DNA of 64,000 nt from Alloascoidea hylecoeti. Its lineage: Eukaryota. Made by a program: the position numbers and the translations under genes. The notes beneath the pieces were generated by a model. That model made no database searches and was not told the origin of the DNA. It saw nothing but the letters and a program-made list of their open reading frames with translations. Position 1 is the first letter of the stretch, and each line of letters opens with the position of its first letter. Below are positions 22,583-33,821 of this stretch, piece by piece. The DNA lies in the NCBI GenBank assembly GCA_001600815.1, contig BCKZ01000010.1:79527-143526 (forward strand). The letters are read 5' to 3'.

Positions 22583-22987
22583 TTACTCATCTTTGGGAAG
22601 TGCCGATGAATTCAAAGTTCTATAAGATTGTTGATACAACTGCAAACTGGTTCCTCTTTTTCCATCTTCGGTTTCATATGTTTGAATGGCAGCATTGCAT
22701 TCAACATATAACAAACTACCCTTCTTAACAGTTCCGGTTTCACCAGTCATATACTCGATAGTTTTAGAATCAAAAACACCAATGTTAAACCAAGAAGTGT
22801 GATCTTTTGAGGTATTGACAGCCAATGGATAACGAAGGTAAGAACGACCAGATGCAGACTGTTGGACTGTGAGATCTGTTCCGACGCGTCCAATTAAGGT
22901 AAGTTTTGCCAAATTTGGGCTCTGCCTCGCAGAAGTAGTTGAGAAATTACGAATTGAGGTAATGGCCTGTTTTTTAAGGGAGAACAT
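22583..22987 (-). CDS. RIM1: Mitochondrial single-stranded DNA-binding protein
   Basis: Presequence-like N-terminus (IRNFSTTSARQ) and SSB OB-fold motifs KLTLIGRVG, TSWFNIGVF, KKGSLLYVE. Confidence 0.93.
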   Translation of the reverse strand: MFSLKKQAITSIRNFSTTSARQSPNLAKLTLIGRVGTDLTVQQSASGRSYLRYPLAVNTSKDHTSWFNIGVFDSKTIEYMTGETGTVKKGSLLYVECNAAIQTYETEDGKRGTSLQLYQQSYRTLNSSALPKDE

Positions 22988-24160
22988 TTTATATTTTTGA
23001 AGGAATTGAAGTTCTTGAAGGATTTAGAGGAGGACGTGTAAAAATTAGTACTAACGGGGTGGTAGGTTGTTCACTAGAAGAGGTTCATGCAGAATGTTAT
23101 GGCGTAAGTACAGTGACGTTACTACGTGTATGCACAAATATACAAAAAAAGAGAAAGATAGTATATTATAGACTTTTTGAATACAATTATATCGATGTAA
23201 AATATAGATGCGAATATATGCCTGGTTTTAAATAAGTTTTCCTTTTTATTATGCTTTTATTGGTTTATCTTCTGACCAAGTTTTGTAAATGTGTACCCCA
23301 CCATCTAATAATATATAATAAGATGTTAGTAGCAGAATCAATGTGAAAATTAAATGATATATATTGACACATACAAAGAGCACCAAGAATGCCGAAGGAA
23401 ACTATTACAAAGAAGTAAACTAGATTAGTATGGTGTGGATCATTACATGTTGTGGTTTTAGGAAGATATCTTTAGATACAAGATCATCTGTAACTAAAAG
23501 AAAATAAGATGGAACCCAATTGTAGTTTTATTTTGCTAGATCAAAGCAAAGGGGTTGAGAGATATTTAGGAATGAACTTACTTATATTACCGGAGCTGAA
23601 AGGAAGCAGAGGGTTAAATTTCTTAAAAGATGTTTTCTATAGAATGATAATGTTAGTATATCATTTTTCTGCGTTTGTGGGTTTTGTACCTCATAGGTTC
23701 TTCTCTTCGCATTTTTTTTCAACCAGGTAGTAGTTATTGGTTGGAAGGCTAATAATACTTACTGGAGCCTTGAAAACAATGTTTGTGGGTCTCATTTTCT
23801 TCAGGTTGGTTGTGATAAGATGATGTTTGAATTTTATTTATTGTATGTTAAGGTGTGTGATGAACGCTTTGTATTTCAAGACTTCTTACTGGTCGAAAGC
23901 AGCGTGCAACAGCCCATATATGTATTTACCTAATGTAGAAATGTACACCCTTCTGTGCGTATGCAGAACGCATATCCGCATATCTCCATCACGTGGAGAT
24001 ACACAAAATGATGAGACAATTATAATTGTGTGATCTGGGTGTGTGGTTTAAATTTATTTTGAGCAGTTAATTTAAGCCTTCAACTTCTCACCTCTACTTC
24101 TTCTACAAACTTCATCATCTTCATTTTACTCCATTACTTATTATCACATTTTCTCTTCCA

Positions 24161-25327
24161 ATGAATTCCCGGTACCAAGCCCAACTTCGCCATGATCAGT
24201 CTCTCGAGGCTATGGACATCATTTCTTCGCTTTCCGCTTCAACTGTTCCAATTTCAGGTTCCGTGGACGAAGAAGAGTGGGTTGTGTTTTCTCCTGCAGC
24301 CACCCTGTCAGAGTCTGGTTCTCAGGTTTCTGGTACCGAAGGCTCTTTGGAAATACAAGATGCTGATGAGGATAGATTGCTTATCAGTCGTGCTGTTACT
24401 CCAAATTTTGCGATGCCTAACCATGACGGCAGAGGAAGTTTTTTATCATCTTCCCTGCATAACTCTGGCCTCAATGAAAGAATAAATGAGTGGCAATTGA
24501 ATCAGTCATATCATTTGTTACAAGAACTTTTGAAATTACAGAAACAAAACCGTGTACCAACTGATGGTAACTTCTTATCATCGACGTCTTTTTTGCCTGC
24601 ATCACCTGGACTGGATGACTCCATCAATACAACTCGTAACCAAACTTCTTTTCATACAGAAAAGGAGAACCCCGCGCAGTATTGGGGTATCACCGACGAT
24701 CTTGACTTGTTATCTGATGATTTTAAGCTTGATAATCTTGATGAGGGCTTAAGGCGGGATTTGGCTGTTATTTTGGCTGATTTACAAGCGAGACCCAACT
24801 CGCAGCAGTTACAAAACTCTAATCAGATTTCCGACGAGCGTAAGAGTAATAGTGGTAAGAAAACAGAATTTTGGGGCAAGAATTTGTTAAAGAATTACAA
24901 TCCAGTTCAAATCAAACTTATTAAAGCAGTATCAAAAGATTTATCTATTGGTTTACAAGAGGATTTAAGGCATGATCTACAGAAACATAAAAAATATAAC
25001 TCTTCTAATTTACCTCCCCTGTTCCACAATAATACCGACAGTTCTGACTCAGATTCGGAAGATAATGTTTTAAATGGGGGTCTACGCACAGTACGTAATT
25101 CATTTTCGTCTACGATCTCGACTCATCTAAGTCCAATGGTTTGGAGATTCACTCGTTCCCTACAGCAACAGGATCATTCAAAGTCGAATACTGAATCTTT
25201 TGATGATATGACGTCGACAAGTAGCCGCACCGATAAATTTTGGGAGAATCTCAGTATGAACTCCAGTATGAGTGCTGAAGTTAGTGGAGGTTCAATATTT
25301 GGTGTTTGGGGTGAAGTGACCATCTGA
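24161..25327 (+). CDS. Conserved fungal hypothetical protein
   Basis: 388-aa ORF with short blocks EEWVVFSP, MPNHDGRGSF and NERINEW. Confidence 0.75.
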   Translation: MNSRYQAQLRHDQSLEAMDIISSLSASTVPISGSVDEEEWVVFSPAATLSESGSQVSGTEGSLEIQDADEDRLLISRAVTPNFAMPNHDGRGSFLSSSLHNSGLNERINEWQLNQSYHLLQELLKLQKQNRVPTDGNFLSSTSFLPASPGLDDSINTTRNQTSFHTEKENPAQYWGITDDLDLLSDDFKLDNLDEGLRRDLAVILADLQARPNSQQLQNSNQISDERKSNSGKKTEFWGKNLLKNYNPVQIKLIKAVSKDLSIGLQEDLRHDLQKHKKYNSSNLPPLFHNNTDSSDSDSEDNVLNGGLRTVRNSFSSTISTHLSPMVWRFTRSLQQQDHSKSNTESFDDMTSTSSRTDKFWENLSMNSSMSAEVSGGSIFGVWGEVTI

Positions 25328-26109
25328 TGGTATTCCAACAATTTCGGATGACCGGACAACGCGCATCTCGAAGTCGAGGCACTTTTATTTGGTCTTTCAA
25401 TCTCTTTGTCTCATTCATGACATTATATAATTTTTGCTTTTCATATTTGCTTCGCATTTTTATAATCATTTTTCGCTCTTATTTATTGTTTCAAAATTTA
25501 CACCTGCTTTATCTTCCTCATGACTTCATATACGACACAATATCAATATGACAACCCCAAACCCACATAACAGCCGCTAAATTAGGTCTGATACTAATTA
25601 TAAATCAATTAACCTTAGTTTCATATGAATGGAAAAATTAAATGAGGTTTAATTGTTATATATTTTATGTATATTATTATTCTTAAAGCGGTTTATTTAC
25701 ACAATTAATTGACATTCTTTTGATTTCTACTTATTTCAACTATAATAGATATAGCTATAGCTTATCGGAAAGAATAAATATAGAGAATCATTACGGTTAG
25801 AAGTAGTCCATATCTATTATGCATTAATTTCCATTTTGCCACTTAGTTTATTGATGAAATTTAATCCTACCAATATAATGATTCCCTCGGATGGTAAACA
25901 TCTAGTTCGATAGGTTATAAGATATCATATATTTAGGTACTTGGTCATGGTGTATAATCTATATTGCCGTATAGAAGCGTATACTGTATAGTAGGGGAGT
26001 AATTAACTTATAATTTATATGGTACCTAGATCTTCTGCAACCATATCACAATTTTAGTGGAACGTAGCCTCGTAATCTTATATTATATTATATTATATTA
26101 TATCAATTA

Positions 26110-26443
26110 TTCCAATTGAGCATTTAATCGGTATCAGTTATCACAAATTCACAATTCTAGACATACCGGTACATCATCATGCAATCATACTATTTCATGA
26201 TTCTTGATGCGCATACGACCCTTAATACCCTTATATTGTTTCTTTGCCACGATATCATATGAATATACTGTAGTGCTTTGAGGCGCTTTTCAGCATTGCA
26301 TCTGTGAACTGGGGGCTGGGGTCCTATTGTACGGATCCCGAAGATTGTTTCGCGATATCTCCCAAGAGAAAATCAGGGTCAGAAAGCGTGCCAAGTACTG
26401 GTTCATGGAAAGCGTCTGAGTTGACCTACTCATCGGGAATCAT
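26110..26443 (-). pseudogene. Possible decayed protein-coding relic
   Basis: GC-richer island. The minus frame from ATG 26443 reads MIPDE*VNSDAFHEPVLGTLSDPDFLLGDIAKQSSGSVQ*DPSPQFTDAMLK and continues, after a frameshift, as YDIVAKKQYKGIKGRMRIKNHE. No family recognised. Confidence 0.35.
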
Positions 26444-26912
26444 TCTACAGTTTGTAATTAAAGTTAAACTTATAAAATTATAAAAAATTTGGGAGTAAAA
26501 ATTGGACCATAATATTTTCAAATTTCAAGTAAGTTATAGCTGTATTAAATTAAGGGATAAAAGTTCAATTAGAAAGTAAACCACAAAGATCATTCTATAT
26601 CGGAACTCCTATTCCAAAAATTTTAATTCTAATAAAAAGGTACAAAAAATGAAACAGATAAATAAAAAAGTTTTGAATTAATATAATAATAAAAACATTA
26701 AATTTGTTAGCAAAAAAAAAAAAGATAATCTTACATAGAAAATTTACCAAACACAAATAATACAATAAACAACTTATAGCTAATTATCCTTTTGATTATA
26801 GAGATTTTGTAAAATTTATATGCCACCTTCTCTTAACCAATTTTTAGATTTAAATGTAATTATATTGCAGCCAAATATAAACTCAGCTGATTTATGATGT
26901 TTTCAGTAACAC

Positions 26913-29900
26913 CTATGAATGCCCAGCATATGAACCAGAAACAAGAGTTCTGACACCTGGAACTGGCACCCATTCAAAGCTTTCACTAGAACCATTCTTC
27001 GATGAACTAAATGGATCAGAATCACCGGAACTGGCATCTTTATATAGGAAACTAACGTATTTCCCTGAATTCCCACCTCCTAAGTGCAATGCTCCAGTCT
27101 TAAATTTTGTTACTACACCAACATCTGCCTCTCGAGCCCGTGAAGTAGTTATGAATCTACAAATCAATTTTTCTTCCTTATTGGCAAAGAGCTTAAATGG
27201 AGAATCGGAATTGGGTAGATTGGAGCTGGAGAAATTCCAAATAAGTCTGTTCTTTTCTTTATTAAATGCACCTTGAGGTTTAGACATCGCTGATGTTGTA
27301 GAGGTTCCTACGATACCAATGTAAAAAGTTAATTCAGAAAAAGTTAATGACAAATCATTAGCGTCCACATCTGGATACAAAGGCTCTAATACTTGTCTCT
27401 GAAATTCGGGATTTAATCGAAGAGTCAGCATTAGACTTGCTTGCGTTTCTTCAAATCTCCAAATGGGTAATACTATAATAGGTGCGACCGCATCATTTAT
27501 GACATATTTTAGACCTCCAATAGTCTTTGAGTTAATAGAGGACACAAGCACATTGAATTCATCACTGGTTGAGCCTGGTTTAACAAACGATGGATTTGGA
27601 ATCAGTTTAGATACCGCATTAAAGTTTGGAAGCTTTATGGGAATACTCAAAGGAACATCTTCCTCCATAACATTTTCAGGATTATAGGTAAACGCAACTT
27701 CTCCTAATACTTGGGACCTTTGAGGGTACCCATTGCGATATACTGTATTATAAACCTCACAAATAGAAATGCTGAAACCAGGGATATTAATATCAGGGTG
27801 TTGAAACAGACCGCCAGATCCCGTTCCAATCATAGATGAATGTGACGATTTACCCGATTTCATAGAAGAAGCGTCCTCATAAGAGTGAAAATTGGAAGGC
27901 CCTGGTCTGACAAAAGTCTCTGGGTTATATGAAGATTGGATAGATAATGAAGATGATTGAACCGATATGGGCGAAGTTATGGTAGATGATGTTTGTTGGT
28001 GAGCAGGTTGAGTTTGAATAGATGGTAATATTTTGTTAGACTCAGCAGGAGTTCCAGCGTTAGCTGGAGCCAAATCAGTAAATAAAGTTGATTGAATATC
28101 TCTTCTATCTCTCCTACCTCTACCATTACTTCTCCTTGTTGATACCGCTGGTTGGAGCTTAAAAGCAGTTGAAGCAATGGAACTTATGACCTCATCATCA
28201 TCTCCGTCTACTTCTTCTCGGATCACATTGTGCTGCAAACTTGGAGTACGATTATTTAAAACATCAGATAATCCCGGTGATGCTTCAACCTCATTATCAA
28301 ATCGATTGCCTTGATTATCCAATCCTAAATGCCCTTTTCTTGAAGGAGGTGGTGGAGGCGGAGCAACTTTATTGGGTTGATTTTGTGGATCAGTGGGTGG
28401 ATGTAATGAGGGTTGCAAGGATGGGTGAGAGGGAGGGTGTGATAGAATTTGTGACTGTGGTTGACCGGCCAGCTGTTGTTGTTGCAAAATTGGCAGCTTC
28501 TGTGATTGTAATTGAACAGCTGGTTGCTCTTGGTTGATGGATTGTGTAGATGGAACTGGGAAAGGATTATTGCTGTGATATGTATCGTTTCGATTTTCAG
28601 TTGGTGGTTCAAGCGAGCTTTCCAAACTTTCTTCGCTAGTGTTACGTACTTGTGGACCCCCGTTGGGATAAGCTATCGGGGCCCTTGCATATCGCTTACT
28701 GGGTACTCGAACAGGCGTAGATGATTGATTTTCTCGTTTTGGTGAAGATCGTAAACCAGACTCTCCGGAAGTTGATGGGAGAGGGGTTGACTCATGAATA
28801 GCATCCATGTTCGTCTGTTTTGGTTTATCCTTCTTCTTGCGTCCGAAAATAGATCCAACCTTGGACCTAAGTTTTGAAGTAGAATGTTTCTCGGTAAAAC
28901 CACTGTTTTCAAATGATATTGAGTCACTAGGGGTATGTTGTCCAATATTCGCAGAGAGAGAGTTAGACGGACCGGAAGACCTACCCGATAATCGTCTTGA
29001 AGGACTTGGCAGAGAATCACTCTTTTGTGAAGAAGAACGTTGAATTGAATCTGGAATCATATTTGAGTTTGAACCTGGAATTAAACTAAACCTTCGGCTA
29101 GTCGAAGATTGCAATGCTGCTACCCTTGCTTCTTCTAAATGCTTAGCTGTTGTATCTGCAAATCTCTTGAGTTCTTCGGAAGGTTCATAGGATAAAATGG
29201 AGTCGATAGTTTTTTCCTCAATTTTTAGAATTTCTTCTGTGGAGTCCACTGAAAACCGCATGAATTGATACAATGCTTCCTTTAATGATGTCAAACGATT
29301 CAGATCTGTTCTTTCAAAACTGTCAAATACATAGGGAGCTTCGTTATTCCAAGCTGACTGTACTTTCGTTAGGTCACTTTCCACATCACGTAAATTTCTC
29401 CCATGCTCTTTATGCTTTCTCTCAATCTTGCCTATTTTAGACTCGTTTTCGGCTAAATCCCTTGAATGATGTTTTAGTTTCTGGTGCAGATCTCGCATCT
29501 CGTTCCAAGTAGGATCAACTTTGGAGTAAGTGCCGATGACCTGTTCTACATCTCTAGCTACTTTAAACAGATACCTGTCGCGAACCCTTTTCTCACTGAC
29601 AAGGGCGGAAATTACGGATGACCATAATGAATCCACAGTTCCTAGTTCATTATTTACATCCCCATTAACAGTACCATTTGTTTGTGCTTGTGGGACATGC
29701 TTTGCTGTATTGTCTACCAAAGACTCTAGATTCTGATATTGATTGTAAAGTTTTCCAATTTCTTTATTGTATGTTTCATTTATCCTGCGATATTGTTCGA
29801 AAAATGTCGCGATCACATCATTTGCTACCTTAGCCTTATTAAGTCGGGATCTGATGACCTCAACAGCCGATGACGGTGTTGCAGAGGTGAGGATCTTTGA

Positions 29901-29930
29901 TGAATATTCATAGGAGTTTTGTTCAGCCAT
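26913..29930 (-). CDS. SYP1: F-BAR plus mu-homology endocytic adaptor
   Basis: N-terminal F-BAR, Pro-rich linker (APPPPPPSRK, RRDIQSTLF), and muHD (GEVAF, PIWRFEETQASLM, SKPQGAFNKEK, RTLVSGSY). Confidence 0.93.
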   Translation of the reverse strand: MAEQNSYEYSSKILTSATPSSAVEVIRSRLNKAKVANDVIATFFEQYRRINETYNKEIGKLYNQYQNLESLVDNTAKHVPQAQTNGTVNGDVNNELGTVDSLWSSVISALVSEKRVRDRYLFKVARDVEQVIGTYSKVDPTWNEMRDLHQKLKHHSRDLAENESKIGKIERKHKEHGRNLRDVESDLTKVQSAWNNEAPYVFDSFERTDLNRLTSLKEALYQFMRFSVDSTEEILKIEEKTIDSILSYEPSEELKRFADTTAKHLEEARVAALQSSTSRRFSLIPGSNSNMIPDSIQRSSSQKSDSLPSPSRRLSGRSSGPSNSLSANIGQHTPSDSISFENSGFTEKHSTSKLRSKVGSIFGRKKKDKPKQTNMDAIHESTPLPSTSGESGLRSSPKRENQSSTPVRVPSKRYARAPIAYPNGGPQVRNTSEESLESSLEPPTENRNDTYHSNNPFPVPSTQSINQEQPAVQLQSQKLPILQQQQLAGQPQSQILSHPPSHPSLQPSLHPPTDPQNQPNKVAPPPPPPSRKGHLGLDNQGNRFDNEVEASPGLSDVLNNRTPSLQHNVIREEVDGDDDEVISSIASTAFKLQPAVSTRRSNGRGRRDRRDIQSTLFTDLAPANAGTPAESNKILPSIQTQPAHQQTSSTITSPISVQSSSLSIQSSYNPETFVRPGPSNFHSYEDASSMKSGKSSHSSMIGTGSGGLFQHPDINIPGFSISICEVYNTVYRNGYPQRSQVLGEVAFTYNPENVMEEDVPLSIPIKLPNFNAVSKLIPNPSFVKPGSTSDEFNVLVSSINSKTIGGLKYVINDAVAPIIVLPIWRFEETQASLMLTLRLNPEFQRQVLEPLYPDVDANDLSLTFSELTFYIGIVGTSTTSAMSKPQGAFNKEKNRLIWNFSSSNLPNSDSPFKLFANKEEKLICRFITTSRAREADVGVVTKFKTGALHLGGGNSGKYVSFLYKDASSGDSDPFSSSKNGSSESFEWVPVPGVRTLVSGSYAGHS

Positions 29931-30433
29931 AATTTAAAGTTTTAGTAGAAGGGATTAAGAAGAATATGGAAATTAAGAGTGTTTTACCGTGTCGTATAGA
30001 TTTGTATGAGCTTTGAATAGGTTCCAGGGCTATCTTCGATCGACGGTCACAAAATTGATTGTATTAGTTCCTTCACTAATACACGATAAGAATGAATTGA
30101 TATCTCTGGAAGATGAGGTTTTCTTATTAGGAATGAGAAAATGCCGGTTTGTACGGATGAAGTTACCCTGTGGGTCGGTAGGTCAGTAGGGTAACTTAGA
30201 CACAAAATATTTCAAATATTATCATTAATGTTGCAGTTTTTATTATTATTAATTTAATATAATCATTCCAATTGCAATGTGTTTGATAAAAACCTGTTCA
30301 AATAATTAGGCAAAACATTGAGTGTCATATACGACTACTATATAAAAGGTTATAGGATTAACTTCGACCTCAATACCTATACTAAAGCTATATCAATAGT
30401 CCTATTATATCACCACTATATATCCTACGTTTA

Positions 30434-32197
30434 TCAGGTTGCAATTGTTACAGAAAAGTGTGATAAATCATTAATGACCATTCCAGCAACGGCTGCGGAC
30501 ATCAATGTTGACAAGCAGCCAGTAATTAGAGCACTAATAACTAAATTGGCAATTTCAGACGATCTTTTAGGAGCCAGTTGGCCCAGAACTCCAATTTGAG
30601 TACCCACACTCCCAAAATTAGCAAATCCACATAGGGCATATGTGGCAAGCATAGTTCCACGCTTTGACATTTGATTATAAGGCTCAACGCTCATTAGGTG
30701 TCTAAATGCAGTAAATTCATTTTGGACAATTTTCATAGCCAGTAATTGAGAAACGTTCAATAGTTCGTTTCTTGGTGCCCCAATGAGGAATGCAACAGGG
30801 TAAAAGATGTAACCAAAGATTAATTTCAGTGATAGTTCTCCAATATTCCAAAACTTTCCGAACCAACCAAGAATACCATCTATCAATGCAACAAGCGCAA
30901 TTATACACATTTGATTAGTTAAAATGGTAGCAGCTATTACAAGACCCAACCATGCACCATTTGCAAAAGCCTGTAAAACGTTCTGTGCCTTTGTTTCTTT
31001 GTCTTCGTCTTCATCGGGTATGACAACTTTACCTGCAGTTAATGCTTCCTCGGTTTCAGGAATTCTCATTTTAGACACTGCTAATGAACAAGGAATTGAC
31101 ATAACACAAGAGGAAACCAATGCCTGGGGATTAAGCCCCATGCCAATATAAGAAACAAGAACTGAACCAGCAATTGTAGCAAATCCTGAACACATCACTT
31201 GGTGAATTTCTGCTCTTGTTAAGAACGGTATAAACATCTTAATCAAAATTGCAGATTCACCTTGCCCAATGAACGGGGATGCAGCTGCAACAACAGCCTC
31301 TGCGCCAGTTACCTTCATTGTCCAGAAGAAAAAATGTGCAAACTTTCTTACAGCCCATTGAATAAATCCACAATAATACCAAATATATGTGAAAGCGATA
31401 AAGAAGATAATACCAGGGAGAACAGTAAAAAAGAACATACTAAGTTGCGATACATCTTCACTTGAAACAAATGCGACACCATCCTTAGCAAACCCCAAGA
31501 GTTCTCTAGCCAATGTGGAAATAAAATTAAATATATCATACCCAACCTTTGTCCTAAGAACGAATAAAGCAATAATGAATTGCATTAATTGCCCAACAAT
31601 GACAGTATGCCATTTAATTTTTTTCCTACAATGTGATGTCAACCATAATGAAATGATTGCAACTATTAAACCACAAAATGAAATTGCTCGATCGTATCTT
31701 TTTGAATCTTTAGTCTCATCTGGAACGAAAGTACCAAGAACCAAGACAAGTAGAGTCCCCACAGCACCAGATATCAGTCTGAGTTTTGGTGGAATTATAT
31801 TCACTATAGGAATAACAGTTCTCTCCCAAACCCAACTTAGAGCTTTTAATACATAAATAGCTGGGGCATATAGTGTAATATAACGAATCGTTAATAAAAT
31901 ATAAAAAACAGTAGGGATTATCCATTTATGTCTATGCTTTGGTTGGATAATAATTGAGATCCACCAACCAGTAAAGAATAAAAACCAAGTTAAATGTAGT
32001 AACCATCTCCTTCGTTTAAAGAAATATTTAGCCCTTTTAAATGGTCCGATTTTCTCAGGAGGTTCATCTTCGATCTCCGGTTTGGTGTCATTTGAATTAA
32101 TAGATTCAACTTCCTCCTTAGTATTTGGTTTAGCTTTCTCATATTTCATAAGATTTCGAACCTCGTCACTATCCTTATAAGATTCTGAGTGTGACAT
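30434..32197 (-). CDS. CNT: Concentrative H+/nucleoside cotransporter (CNT/SLC28 family)
   Basis: Motifs AAASPFIGQGES, SGFATIAGSVL, NEFTAF and YALCGFANFGSVG. First ATG is at 32197. Confidence 0.95.
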   Translation of the reverse strand: MSHSESYKDSDEVRNLMKYEKAKPNTKEEVESINSNDTKPEIEDEPPEKIGPFKRAKYFFKRRRWLLHLTWFLFFTGWWISIIIQPKHRHKWIIPTVFYILLTIRYITLYAPAIYVLKALSWVWERTVIPIVNIIPPKLRLISGAVGTLLVLVLGTFVPDETKDSKRYDRAISFCGLIVAIISLWLTSHCRKKIKWHTVIVGQLMQFIIALFVLRTKVGYDIFNFISTLARELLGFAKDGVAFVSSEDVSQLSMFFFTVLPGIIFFIAFTYIWYYCGFIQWAVRKFAHFFFWTMKVTGAEAVVAAASPFIGQGESAILIKMFIPFLTRAEIHQVMCSGFATIAGSVLVSYIGMGLNPQALVSSCVMSIPCSLAVSKMRIPETEEALTAGKVVIPDEDEDKETKAQNVLQAFANGAWLGLVIAATILTNQMCIIALVALIDGILGWFGKFWNIGELSLKLIFGYIFYPVAFLIGAPRNELLNVSQLLAMKIVQNEFTAFRHLMSVEPYNQMSKRGTMLATYALCGFANFGSVGTQIGVLGQLAPKRSSEIANLVISALITGCLSTLMSAAVAGMVINDLSHFSVTIAT

Positions 32198-32958
32198 CTC
32201 AGCCAATATAGCCTATATCACAAAATGCTTGAAATTTGAGCATTTTTGAGTTTTTATAACAAGGTGCCCTATCATATATAAAATCTTAATATGATATTTA
32301 TAATCCATAATAATTGTCAGAACAATCATCCATTATACACTATCGTATCACTCAATGAGGAATAAGTCAACGATGGTGCATAAAGCAGCTTGATAAAGCA
32401 ATTATACATATTCTGCGGCTCGTGGATGGAGAAAAATTACTAGAAATACATAATTATACAAATAATGCCCTTGGCCTTTTCTCCTTTCAATTATACGTTT
32501 TAATATAAGATTATCTTAGATTAAAAGAAAGGAATTTAATCTTGATCGCACTTAACTCAATCAGGAAGTTTATCAATTCAAACATGATCACAAGAATCAT
32601 TTGTTATAAAATCCCTAACAAGTTGGGGGGAATATGTTGTTTTACAAAGGCCCTTAGTGGAGAAATCGTAGAGCACGTCTTTTACTCATACACAAAGAGA
32701 ATATAGCGAAAACACAAAAATTCTATAATTTAAATTTTATAAGGGGGATCAACTTAAAACGACTTAATAAAGCTAATTGTATTACAGTCCTTCTGAAAAT
32801 TGTGTTAATATCGTGTAAAAGTACTACACGCATACACCTTGCCATCCAAGATAAGAAATTCTTAATTCATAAATATAGGATGATAACGATATTATCAGGA
32901 TCACTTCATTATTTGGTGTTCTCATGAGCATAAAAAAATTCGAATTGTATTTAGAATT

Positions 32959-32969
32959 AACAGTCACAA
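32959..32969 (+). promoter_or_regulatory. Homol D box upstream of RPS1
   Basis: AACAGTCACAA, with the CAGTCACA core at 32961-32968, about 82 nt before the ATG. The same 11-mer occurs before RPL12. Confidence 0.75.
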
Positions 32970-33050
32970 GAGGTGATTTTACGCGTAAATATCAGCACGC
33001 CACCAGTGTTCAATTAACCAAATCTTTGAAATCAAGACAATACACACAAA

Positions 33051-33821
33051 ATGGCTGTCGGTAAGAATAAGAGACTTAGCAAAGGAAAGAAAGGCCTAAA
33101 GAAGAAGGTTGTCGACCCATTCACGAGAAAAGATTGGTTTGATATCAAAGCCCCATCTACCTTTGAAAATAGAAATGTTGGTAAGACTCTTGTCAATAGA
33201 TCAACTGGTTTAAAGAATTCAGCAGATGCTTTAAAGGGACGTATTTTAGAGGTTTGTCTTGCTGATTTACAAGGACAAGAAGACCATTCTTTCCGTAAGG
33301 TCAAACTTCGTGTCGATGAAGTTCAGGGAAAGAATTTGCTCACCAATTTTCATGGTTTGGATTTCACCTCAGACAAACTCAGATCACTAGTTAGAAAATG
33401 GCAAACATTGATTGAAGTCAACGTCACCGTCAAGACGACAGATGATTACTATCTGAGAATTTTTGTTATAGCCTTTACCAAGAGACTCCCCAACCAAATT
33501 AAGAAGACGACCTATGCTCAATCATCACAAATTCGTCAAATTAGAAAGAAGGCTACGGAAATTATCACTCGTGAAGTTTCTTCCGTAACTTTAGCCCAAC
33601 TCACATCTAAATTGATTCCAGAAGTCATTGGACGTGAAATTGAGAAATCTACAAATGGAATTTACCCATTACAGAATGTTCATGTCAGAAAAGTTAAATT
33701 GCTCAAACAACCAAAATTCGACTTGGGTTCTTTATTAGCTTTACATGGTGAAGGTTCTTCAGAAGATACTGGTAAGAAGGTTTCTAAGGGATTTAAGGAA
33801 CAAGTTTTGGATTCTGTTTAA
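33051..33821 (+). CDS. RPS1: 40S ribosomal protein eS1 (S1/S3a)
   Basis: [27 protein letters not shown]; closely matches yeast Rps1. Intronless. Confidence 0.99.
   Translation: MAVGKNKRLSKGKKGLKKKVVDPFTRKDWFDIKAPSTFENRNVGKTLVNRSTGLKNSADALKGRILEVCLADLQGQEDHSFRKVKLRVDEVQGKNLLTNFHGLDFTSDKLRSLVRKWQTLIEVNVTVKTTDDYYLRIFVIAFTKRLPNQIKKTTYAQSSQIRQIRKKATEIITREVSSVTLAQLTSKLIPEVIGREIEKSTNGIYPLQNVHVRKVKLLKQPKFDLGSLLALHGEGSSEDTGKKVSKGFKEQVLDSV

Noticed and set aside
23855..24040. C-box-like GTGATGA/ATGATGA and small hairpins
   Set aside because: No downstream D box (CTGA) at a suitable distance; more likely promoter DNA.
26110..26443. RIP-like mutation as the cause of stops in the relics
   Set aside because: Every stop codon can arise by C-to-T, so this is not diagnostic without parent alignments. 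The near-identical paralogs at 1-7.3 kb also remain open.
31389..31856. 155-aa plus-strand ORF and similar short ORFs overlapping SYP1, CNT, RAD9 and ERG6
   Set aside because: Antisense shadows of confidently identified genes.
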